From an uncultured Bacilli bacterium (GTDB taxonomy: Bacteria > Bacillota_I > Bacilli_A > RF39 > UBA660): DNA of 53,324 bases. The stretch is taken from contig CAKORQ010000001.1 of the NCBI GenBank assembly GCA_934101445.1, positions 1 to 53,324 of the forward strand, written 5' to 3'. Positions within the stretch are counted from its first letter, which is position 1; every line of letters begins with the position of its first letter. Shown here piece after piece: positions 44,372 through 52,044 of this stretch. The position numbers and the translations under genes were made by a program. The notes under the pieces were generated by a model, which was not told the DNA's origin, made no database searches, and saw only the letters and a program-made list of their open reading frames with translations.

Positions 44372-45475
44372 ATGAGTATAATTGCAGAAAGTAGCATTAA
44401 CGTTGCATCCATCATCAATCTTATCAGTGCTCTTCCAAGAGCAACAGAATACCCTTACATTAATGAAACCACACACACCGTTGTAACAATAGAAGATATA
44501 GTTTTCCCTTATGGCCCTATTGTAATCAAGCGTTGGGACCCAACTAAAGGAGAAACCAGAGCTTCCTCTGAATCAGTTTCAATATCAATGCAAATGATAA
44601 ATCGAGTAGCTAACGCCATTACTGAAGGCGCACCTATCAATATTGATAGACTTCTCGGTGCATCCTATAATACCAGGTCAGCTTTTGAAACTTTGCTCTG
44701 TCATACCCCTCCATTTTATTTTTGTTACCCCGGACGCATTGAGTTAACGCAGGGAAAAACCAAAATCAAAGCTGGGCATAAACACATAATTTATCTTCCC
44801 GAAGAGCCACATGAAAACGGATATCTCGTAAAGAAGGAATTAGAGCATTTAGAAATTAATGAAATTCCTTCAAAAAATGTAGTGTACAATGCTCTTGAAC
44901 TTCCCGAGAGTACTTCATCCCCAGCCGGAAAAGTTGATACAGAGGCAAAAAGAATTCATTCCCAAATGCAGATGGCCATTTACGAAATCGGATGCAGTCT
45001 CTCTCTCAAAACCTTTATTGCATTGAATGATACAGGTATAAAATATAAAGGGAAAATGATATCTGAACACAAAAATGTAGTCACCAAACTTGATTCTGTC
45101 CCAACTATAGGTGCTTTCGAAGGAGCCGCCCATGCCGGACGTCTTATAGATGCTATTTGGTTAGGAGACAAAACAATTCCTGCTGTATTTGAGGTTGAGG
45201 AATCTACAGGAGTTACTTCGGGACTTACAAGAATGCAAAACTTCAAAAAGACTCTCCCTCCGTACAGTGGAATGCGCTTTATAATAGTTGCTCCAGATGA
45301 AGATAGGGATAAAGTTGTTCGAGAAATTAACAAACCTGAATTTTCTGAACTTCATGCATATTACCTGCCTTATTCCGCAGTCAGCGAATTGCTTGGTCTT
45401 TGTCAGGAACATACATTAAAAGGTGTGAACGAGGCATTTATTGAAACCTTTTTAGATGATGTTTATATGAAATAG
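44372..45475 (+). CDS. Putative type II restriction endonuclease (partner of the adjacent C5-MTase)
   Basis: Convergent with the MTase and shares a terminator with it. C-terminal LIDAIWL...PAVFEVEESTG PD-(D/E)xK-like block. AAGGAGG RBS. Confidence 0.55.
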   Translation: MSIIAESSINVASIINLISALPRATEYPYINETTHTVVTIEDIVFPYGPIVIKRWDPTKGETRASSESVSISMQMINRVANAITEGAPINIDRLLGASYNTRSAFETLLCHTPPFYFCYPGRIELTQGKTKIKAGHKHIIYLPEEPHENGYLVKKELEHLEINEIPSKNVVYNALELPESTSSPAGKVDTEAKRIHSQMQMAIYEIGCSLSLKTFIALNDTGIKYKGKMISEHKNVVTKLDSVPTIGAFEGAAHAGRLIDAIWLGDKTIPAVFEVEESTGVTSGLTRMQNFKKTLPPYSGMRFIIVAPDEDRDKVVREINKPEFSELHAYYLPYSAVSELLGLCQEHTLKGVNEAFIETFLDDVYMK

Positions 45476-45477
45476 CA

Positions 45478-45514
45478 AAGAACCTGTATTCTCAGTTACA
45501 GAATACAGGTTCTT
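45478..45514. terminator. Bidirectional terminator between the R and M genes
   Basis: Perfect 15-bp stem AAGAACCTGTATTCT / AGAATACAGGTTCTT with a 7-nt loop and T-rich flanks. Confidence 0.75.
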
Positions 45515-45522
45515 ATTTTCTT

Positions 45523-46638
45523 TTATTGTTCAATCTGCAATTCAGTTAAATAGTCATGAATTGTTCTTGCCACTCCACTTGAGAGCATATATGGAACACC
45601 ATTCCCTATAGTTTTGAACATATCTGTCAATGTCATATCTTCTGGAAGGACAAAATTTGCTGGTAAAGATTGTATTGCCAGTGCCTCTGCTGCAGATATT
45701 CTTCTTGCATGATATGGATGCAGATGAACCTCATTATTACCATAAGCTGCTGTAGGCGAATATCTCCATCTGTGAAGTCTTTTATAGCATTTTTTACTAT
45801 CATCACCCTCTTGGTACAATTGCATCTTAGGAAGTCCCGCTTTAGGTTGGAAGTGATCATGCGCATTGGGATGATTCTCAACATCATTGATTTCGAACCA
45901 ATGCTGAACCGTAAGTTCCTCCGGAATTCCCTGAGGCATTGGTCTTTCGCCGCCTTCGACAAAATCCTGATTCTCTGGCCAAGGAAACGCATTAATTTGC
46001 TCCATCGTATATTGCTGGTATCTTTCCCACGGAAAATCAATAATAGTACTATTCTGTTGATGATTTCCTAGCAATTCTGTTTTTACTCCAAAGAACAGCA
46101 CCCTTTGTCGATCTTGTGGCGCACCATATTCCAATGCATTGACCAGCCTTTCCGTTGTACTATACCCCGCTTGACGAACCATTTCTTTCAACTCATCAAA
46201 AAATTCTCTATGGCGTTTCGTACTCCATAGTCCCTTAACATTTTCAAACAAGAAAAAATCTGGCTGTCTTTGTATAATAAGATTAATATAAGAAAGAGAT
46301 AATTTGCCGTTATCGCCTTCTCTTCCACGATTTTTCCCCGCAACCGAAAAGTCGGGGCACGGCGGACCTCCAATAAAGCCAACCAGTTCTCCTCTCTCTC
46401 TTACTACATCAATATTATGTACCAATTCATTTACTTTTTCTTCGTCATTTAAAAACGCATTAACATCTCCGTTATAATAGCCAAATTCCGGAGGCTGCAT
46501 TCCCATATTTTGTCTTGCATACTGATAAGCTCTCATAAATTCAGAGTTGAATTCATTTACAAATACCACATCAAAACCGTTATTTTCGAATCCCAAGTCC
46601 AGGAATCCACTACCTGAGAAGAACGAGAAAATTTTCAT
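45523..46638 (-). CDS. DNA (cytosine-5)-methyltransferase (type II R-M)
   Basis: Motif I FSGSGFLDLG, IV GGPPCPDFS, VI ENVKGL, VIII QDRQRVLFFG, X GNGVPYML. Confidence 0.93.
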   Translation of the reverse strand: MKIFSFFSGSGFLDLGFENNGFDVVFVNEFNSEFMRAYQYARQNMGMQPPEFGYYNGDVNAFLNDEEKVNELVHNIDVVRERGELVGFIGGPPCPDFSVAGKNRGREGDNGKLSLSYINLIIQRQPDFFLFENVKGLWSTKRHREFFDELKEMVRQAGYSTTERLVNALEYGAPQDRQRVLFFGVKTELLGNHQQNSTIIDFPWERYQQYTMEQINAFPWPENQDFVEGGERPMPQGIPEELTVQHWFEINDVENHPNAHDHFQPKAGLPKMQLYQEGDDSKKCYKRLHRWRYSPTAAYGNNEVHLHPYHARRISAAEALAIQSLPANFVLPEDMTLTDMFKTIGNGVPYMLSSGVARTIHDYLTELQIEQ

Positions 46639-46813
46639 CTAATCTACTCCTTTGCATAATCCATAATATTATACCACTTTGCCTCTATGTGTTGCAAGAA
46701 AAATACCCCCTTTCTCTTATATTAGGCATACCATATATCCCGTACTTTATCTGATTTTGCAAGCTATTTTTATAAGAATTTTTAAGTGATATAGTTCGAA
46801 ATGATGGCAAAAA

Positions 46814-46842
46814 TATAAAGGTGGGACACCGCCACCTTTATA
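46814..46842 (-). terminator. Terminator after the PDDEXK_4 gene
   Basis: Perfect 11-bp stem TATAAAGGTGG / CCACCTTTATA with a 7-nt loop, followed on the minus strand by UUUUUG. Confidence 0.65.
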
Positions 46843-46875
46843 CCTATTTTCTGTGTATATTTTGTTCTGATTAAT

Positions 46876-48429
46876 TTACAGTCCAAGATACCCTTTCAGT
46901 TTTTCCTCAAAAGCCTTTACTTCTTCCAATTTTTTATCCAAATTCTCCCAGATGCGTTCTTCTGTCAGTTCCTCATCAGTTTTGCTATGCTTTGTCACAA
47001 AAGGAATGCGCCATTGCCAGTTTTCCTTCTGCATTCTGGACGGAAAATATTCATTAATTTTGTTGCAAACTTTCCTCTGATCATCCGGTAAATTTCTTGC
47101 ACTAAGGGAAAGCTGTATAAAATACTCTTTCCCATCAATATTCCGAATTTCATAGAAATAATGATTTCTGGTGTTCCAGCCGCTATCTGATTCCTCCGTA
47201 TCCGGCATAATAGAGGACATATAGGCGGTTTTAAAACGTATGTATGTTTTGGCACACTTTTCCAGCACAACCTCAATTTCGCCTTTTTCTGTCTTTGCTG
47301 TTGCCCATGCCTTGATAATATCTCCCAAATCAGATGCCCGGTCCGGTCTGTTTTCAAAGATCAAATCTAATGCCTTTTGGTGTTTTGCATATATTTCTGC
47401 ACAAATCTGTGCCAGTTTCTCGTCTCCCACAATATCCCTCCTGATCGTTTCTACATAATTATCAATAAGCAGTGCTGCATCCGGCAAAAGCTTCACTTTC
47501 TTTCTTGCATTTTCTATGATGCCAAGCACATCCTGATACGACATGGAACACCAGAATTCTGGATCACTGGATTCTGTTCCTTCCGGGGATAGAAAAATAT
47601 ACATTTTCTTATAATCCGGATATGCCTCTTCCACAATCTTCCGGTATCTGTTCAATTGATTATCATGTTCCGCAGAATCAATCTTGTTCTCAATACATAG
47701 TACAAACTTCTCATCCATCGATACTGCAAGCACATCAATGTTTCGCCATTCCCTCTGTATCACAAAATCATGACAATCCATCAGCAATGTATCAAAGACA
47801 TCCGCTTCCTCTGAAAAAGAAGTCACCACATAATGGATAAATCCCCGGATAATACTGTCTCCCAGTCCATGATTTTCATTCGGGTTAAGCAGCCATGAAA
47901 GCATATTGCTGTGGCGGATTTCAGTTCTGGTAATCTTCAGAATATCAAACAGATTGAATTTGCTCGTCCACTCTGACAAGGGGTCCAGGCATTCAATATC
48001 CAAAAGGAAATTTTTGAGTGCCTTTGCATTATCTTCCTCCTGTTCCGGCAACGCTGCAGCCTCGTTATATACATAATTTCGGAATCTACGCAAATTAGCC
48101 AGATATCCATTTACCAATGATGCTACATTACCGGATGAATTATCCATCAGTGCTTTTTGCAGTGCATTCCTTCCATCCGTTTCAAAATCATCAGAAGTAA
48201 CCACATCCCAGAATTCCTGCTGTCCAGCATTGTTCCAAAGATAAAAAGTATCACCGGAAAAAGTCTGAACTGTATTTTTACTTAACTCCAGTGTTTCCAA
48301 ATAACTCTTATACATTTTTCGGATTTTGTCATACGATAATTGTTTCAATGTTTCAATATTCAATAGGTATCCCTCCCTATTCTTCATCCAGTTCCCGCAG
48401 CCGTTTAAGCCATTTTTGTATGCTGCCAT
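46876..48429 (-). CDS. PD-(D/E)XK nuclease, PDDEXK_4-type, with ~150-aa N-terminal and ~170-aa C-terminal extensions
   Basis: KFNLFDILKITRTEIRHSNMLSWLLNPNENHGLGD and DVLAVS...LCIENKIDS motifs. The alternative start at 48387 gives an 11-nt coupling overlap with the upstream gene. Confidence 0.8.
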   Translation of the reverse strand: MAAYKNGLNGCGNWMKNREGYLLNIETLKQLSYDKIRKMYKSYLETLELSKNTVQTFSGDTFYLWNNAGQQEFWDVVTSDDFETDGRNALQKALMDNSSGNVASLVNGYLANLRRFRNYVYNEAAALPEQEEDNAKALKNFLLDIECLDPLSEWTSKFNLFDILKITRTEIRHSNMLSWLLNPNENHGLGDSIIRGFIHYVVTSFSEEADVFDTLLMDCHDFVIQREWRNIDVLAVSMDEKFVLCIENKIDSAEHDNQLNRYRKIVEEAYPDYKKMYIFLSPEGTESSDPEFWCSMSYQDVLGIIENARKKVKLLPDAALLIDNYVETIRRDIVGDEKLAQICAEIYAKHQKALDLIFENRPDRASDLGDIIKAWATAKTEKGEIEVVLEKCAKTYIRFKTAYMSSIMPDTEESDSGWNTRNHYFYEIRNIDGKEYFIQLSLSARNLPDDQRKVCNKINEYFPSRMQKENWQWRIPFVTKHSKTDEELTEERIWENLDKKLEEVKAFEEKLKGYLGL

Positions 48430-48835
48430 TTTCCAAGAAGCTCAACATTGCTCCATCACAAAAACGCTCTGCCCGGACGGCTCCAACAAAAAGTGCCATA
48501 ATCAGCTGTCCATCCATATGGGAAACATCCACACTGGCCATAGATTTTAGTCCCCACTCGATATGATTGCGTTTCAGTATGTCATTATAGTTATTTAATT
48601 CATATTCCGGGTGTTCATTTATAAATTGGTATATTGCGTCTTCCAAAGCATTTATTTCTCTTCCATACTCTACATATGGCATTTGGTAAGGATGATCTAG
48701 AGAGCCATCTCCGGTTTGATGATCCGGCATCCATTTTCCATAGACTGCTCTTTCAATTTGGGGAATATAATCCGTTAATAGTTTATAAGTATTACTCATT
48801 TCACCATCCATTTTCTTTGTAAATTTCATAGACAT
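48377..48835 (-). CDS. Hypothetical protein (152 aa) with C-terminal ..RAERFCDGAMLSFLENGSIQKWLKRL.. motif (DUF6508-like by eye)
   Basis: Co-directional with the PDDEXK_4 gene and overlapping it. Confidence 0.55.
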   Translation of the reverse strand: MSMKFTKKMDGEMSNTYKLLTDYIPQIERAVYGKWMPDHQTGDGSLDHPYQMPYVEYGREINALEDAIYQFINEHPEYELNNYNDILKRNHIEWGLKSMASVDVSHMDGQLIMALFVGAVRAERFCDGAMLSFLENGSIQKWLKRLRELDEE

Positions 48836-48902
48836 CTTATGTATTTTATACTACCAGTCTGCTACTGTATGGGCAATATTTTTCTTACAGAATCCGTTCA
48901 TT

Positions 48903-49178
48903 TCATCTTTTTCCATCTACTTCTTTCAGGATTTCATCCACATCATCCTTCAATGTAATATGCAGCTCTGCAAAATCCTTCATTCCCTTCAAATAAGCAA
49001 TACGGGTTACTCTGGCAGTATACTTGCTGAACAGTTCTTCCATTTCAAATCTGTCCATCTCCGGCATTTGGGCAGTAAGTTCATAAAACTTGTTTTCCAG
49101 TTTCTGCAGTTCCCGGTCTTGCGCCATTGCGGGATAGCAGCACTGTGTGTCATCATATATAATTTTATCGATCAGCAT
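48903..49178 (-). CDS. Hypothetical protein (91 aa)
   Basis: ORF in a co-directional array; 1-nt overlap with the upstream gene. Confidence 0.5.
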   Translation of the reverse strand: MLIDKIIYDDTQCCYPAMAQDRELQKLENKFYELTAQMPEMDRFEMEELFSKYTARVTRIAYLKGMKDFAELHITLKDDVDEILKEVDGKR

Positions 49179-49723
49179 TATTCTTTCTCCTGTCTTTTCT
49201 GAAAATCAATTACTCTTCCTTGTTTCATTTTTACAAAAGGTTCTATCTCCATATCCGTGTATGCCCAGCAATCCTCACCTTCTGTCATGGTAATAAGGAC
49301 TTTTACTACATCATTTCCGAGAATATCAACACGGTTCATTACCATCCCATTCATGACCTCAGATGAGAAGGTAATTACCCCGCTTTCTACAAGGAAATCT
49401 ACATACTTATGGATGATTGCATCATCCTCTTCCACGCCCAGATCAACCATTCCATAATCAAGCACCGAATTATCGAAAGACTCTACATCATAAGAAAAGC
49501 CTATAAGATTGTTCTTTTCAGTCTTTACTTCTTCTGATTTGAAAATTGCAGGCATGATAACTGCCATAATAAGGGTATCCCCCTCTGAGGCAAATTCTGC
49601 CTCAAACGGCACACCGGAATCAGTAATTCCCCTTGCATATCCCAGATTACCGCTTTCTACCCTTTCCGTATGATTACATACAGGCATTTCATATTTTGTC
49701 GTGTAATATCCCATATTCAGCAC
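49178..49723 (-). CDS. Hypothetical acidic protein (181 aa)
   Basis: ORF in a co-directional array. Confidence 0.5.
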   Translation of the reverse strand: MLNMGYYTTKYEMPVCNHTERVESGNLGYARGITDSGVPFEAEFASEGDTLIMAVIMPAIFKSEEVKTEKNNLIGFSYDVESFDNSVLDYGMVDLGVEEDDAIIHKYVDFLVESGVITFSSEVMNGMVMNRVDILGNDVVKVLITMTEGEDCWAYTDMEIEPFVKMKQGRVIDFQKRQEKE

Positions 49724-49732
49724 CTTTCCTGT

Positions 49733-50245
49733 TTATCTTTCATAATATGGGCGAAGTATCAAATCCCACTTACCCTTAAATTCCATCAGTTCAAAGTGCT
49801 TTTCTTCCATCTTACCGCAGGTATTCCACACTTGGTTAATACGGTTTTCCGGCATTTCCATAGGATTTCCGGTTTCGTCCGTAACTGCCCAGAACAGTCT
49901 TTCTGCTTCAACCCACGTTGCAAATTTCTTTACCTCTTCCAGTTTATTTTCCGGAAATTCTTCATCCAGCCAAATCAACGAGCCGTTCTTCTGAAGCATT
50001 AATGTACTTCCGAATATCCAGTCTGCATCAAAATCATGCTGTGTATTAATATGAATGTCCTTAATCCATGCAAACCGTAAAAGAACCCCTTCACACCCGG
50101 TATCATATTGTAGGAAGATTTCAACCATATCCATTCCCGGAACATACTCTATTTTTATTGCCCGGAAATCATGAAATTCCCAATTGCATTCCAAAAACTC
50201 TTTGATACCTTTCTCTGTTTTTTCCACTTCATACCACTTTGCCAT
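49733..50245 (-). CDS. Hypothetical acidic protein (170 aa), immunity-protein-like
   Basis: ORF in a co-directional array. Confidence 0.5.
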   Translation of the reverse strand: MAKWYEVEKTEKGIKEFLECNWEFHDFRAIKIEYVPGMDMVEIFLQYDTGCEGVLLRFAWIKDIHINTQHDFDADWIFGSTLMLQKNGSLIWLDEEFPENKLEEVKKFATWVEAERLFWAVTDETGNPMEMPENRINQVWNTCGKMEEKHFELMEFKGKWDLILRPYYER

Positions 50246-50278
50246 TGGTACTTCTCCTTCCCCTATACTGCAAAACTC

Positions 50279-50704
50279 TTATCTCACAATGCTCTCCAAA
50301 TATTCCTCCATCTGGGCTGTTTCCTCTGTACCCAGCACTATGGTAAAGCTGTTCGCTGATAAGGCATCCTCCTCATCCCATAGATGGAATATCCAGTCTA
50401 CCATGACACTTTTATCCTTATAGACTTCAATAACCATTTCATAATCTGGTTCCACAAAGGACAGTTCCTGTCTTCCGGTATTTTCTCCTGCTAAAGCATC
50501 TTTAAGTTTTGTATAGATTTCTTCTATTTCACAGCACAGTAAAGTTTCCCCATCCATTTCATAATGAATGTATTTGCTATGTACGGAAACAAAAATCTGA
50601 CACCATTCACAATCCCAGTTATTTTTTGTACTCGGATGGTATTTCTTTACCTCAAATTTCAATTCTGTTCCATCCAGGTTCATTTCCAACATCTTACTTA
50701 TCAT
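50279..50704 (-). CDS. Hypothetical protein (141 aa), WapI-like immunity-protein pattern (tentative)
   Basis: The start at 50704 overlaps the HIRAN stop by 11 nt. Pattern L.G..L.F.V..Y......NWDCEW..I.V. Confidence 0.45.
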   Translation of the reverse strand: MISKMLEMNLDGTELKFEVKKYHPSTKNNWDCEWCQIFVSVHSKYIHYEMDGETLLCCEIEEIYTKLKDALAGENTGRQELSFVEPDYEMVIEVYKDKSVMVDWIFHLWDEEDALSANSFTIVLGTEETAQMEEYLESIVR

Positions 50705-51005
50705 CTCCTTGTTCTTCCAACAGTTCACAAAGCACGCCCTGCGGCAATACATATTTCACTACTCCGGTTGCTGTTTCTCCCATGCGGTCATATATTCTTC
50801 CGGCACTCATACTTTCTCCCTGTACCGTATAGGGACTATTCGCCACATATCCGACAAGCCCAAGCCCCTCCAGTTCCACCCGGATTGCCTCTTTATCATA
50901 CTCGTTATCCGGTTCTTTTACCAGTTTCACTTCCATCTTTGGCTCAAAAAACTCCTGTCCAAAATGATGACTTGTTCCTGCAATTGTAAAATAAATCTTT
51001 CCCAT
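50694..51005 (-). CDS. Stand-alone HIRAN-domain protein
   Basis: IAGTSHHFG...VKLVKEPDNEYDKEAIRVE...LGLVGYVA matches the HIRAN motif pattern. Confidence 0.75.
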   Translation of the reverse strand: MGKIYFTIAGTSHHFGQEFFEPKMEVKLVKEPDNEYDKEAIRVELEGLGLVGYVANSPYTVQGESMSAGRIYDRMGETATGVVKYVLPQGVLCELLEEQGDDK

Positions 51006-51019
51006 GATTTCTCCCTCCT

Positions 51020-51229
51020 TTACTTAGAGCAAAATACCCAGCCCCAGAATATAATGAATCCAAGGGGTGGAAATACCAACAACATTAAAAGAGCCAGACC
51101 TATGCAGATAACAGCTACTACACTAGAACCACTGGATTTGCTGCCATACCTTCTTTCATCACAGCTACAATACGGTCCTTCACAGTGACTATCATGATAA
51201 GAATTAAAATTATATCCATTATTTGTCAT
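51020..51229 (-). CDS. Small Cys-rich membrane protein (69 aa)
   Basis: HCEGPYCSCD, then a long hydrophobic C-terminal half. Confidence 0.4.
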   Translation of the reverse strand: MTNNGYNFNSYHDSHCEGPYCSCDERRYGSKSSGSSVVAVICIGLALLMLLVFPPLGFIIFWGWVFCSK

Positions 51230-51335
51230 ACATTTTCACCCTTCCTTTCCAGGTCTGTTTTCTTTTGATAAGATAAGTGTAGCAAATTATAAGTCCAATA
51301 ATACGGACTTGTACTTAAACACTCTATCCCTTTCT

Positions 51336-51527
51336 TTACACAATTATCTCATCCATTCTTGTAATCACAAGTCTTCCACCTTCGCATTCCACCCGAATAG
51401 GTGTCCCTGGTTCAAATCCGCAATCCTTAAGCCAATCTCCCTTCAATACAATGGCGGATGTATATTTATACCGATATCCAGTCTGCGCATATACTTTCAT
51501 TTTTCGTTCTCTTTTAAACATTCCCAT
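51336..51527 (-). CDS. SymE-like (AbrB/SpoVT-fold) small protein
   Basis: IVLKGDWLKDCGFEPGTPIRVECEGGRLVITR matches the SymE/AbrB swapped-hairpin pattern. Confidence 0.65.
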   Translation of the reverse strand: MGMFKRERKMKVYAQTGYRYKYTSAIVLKGDWLKDCGFEPGTPIRVECEGGRLVITRMDEIIV

Positions 51528-51542
51528 AGAATTTCTCCTTCG

Positions 51543-51824
51543 TTATATCCTACATTCTCTATTTTGAATCACATAAATGTCATGGCTTTTAATACTTTCA
51601 ATAGCTTTTGCAACTGTACGATTTTTCCGGTGTTTATGATAATAGGAATCCTTTTCCGAATGCTTATGATACAGCATGATATAAGTATCTGGTCCCGCCA
51701 GATGCTTTCGAACAATCCACAAATGGTTTGTGTTATTACTACGAATTTCTATAAAGTCCTCCTCATTTCGTATGATGGTAAAATATCCATCTCTCAATAG
51801 CTTCTTTTCTCTTTGCGTAAACAA
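51543..51824 (-). CDS. Hypothetical His/Lys-rich protein (about 93 aa)
   Basis: AGGAGG lies 9 nt upstream of a TTG at 51824. The ORF-track start at 51860 is also a TTG but has no RBS. 15-nt gap to the SymE-like gene. Confidence 0.45.
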   Translation of the reverse strand: MFTQREKKLLRDGYFTIIRNEEDFIEIRSNNTNHLWIVRKHLAGPDTYIMLYHKHSEKDSYYHKHRKNRTVAKAIESIKSHDIYVIQNRECRI

Positions 51825-52044
51825 TAAGCCTGTCCTCCTTTCACTTGATAACGATAACAAATAATTACACGATTGCTCTTCCTATCGTTAATAGGGTTTC
51901 AAATATGTCTCCCAGATTTTTTCTTGTCAGATATCATTTTCAAATTAATTCAAGTGTTATCCGCATCCATCCTCTAAATAACGCATTTTTGCGATGTTTA
52001 CACCTTTTCACTCTCCGTATGAAAAGTAAATTGCACGTTTCAAT

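Larger units (their letters stand above)
1..52044 (-). mobile_element. Temperate siphovirus-like prophage with accessory/defence cargo, inserted in comM; left boundary lies outside the window
   Basis: Complete co-linear phage modules are present (recombinases, lysis, tail, HK97-type head, terminase, replication). The host comM reading frame breaks at ~52045. No comM 3' part is found on the minus strand of 1..187. Confidence 0.85.

Noticed and set aside
44171-44476. 101-aa minus-strand ORF in the PLD/REase divergent region
   Set aside because: It lies in very AT-rich intergenic DNA and overlaps the REase start. Its Cys/Lys/Asn/Ile-rich translation is typical of random AT-rich frames.
50509-51800. 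Plus-strand ORFs (141, 159, 163 aa) across the HIRAN / SymE-like region
   Set aside because: They are antisense to a coherent, overlapping minus-strand gene array. Low-complexity translations.
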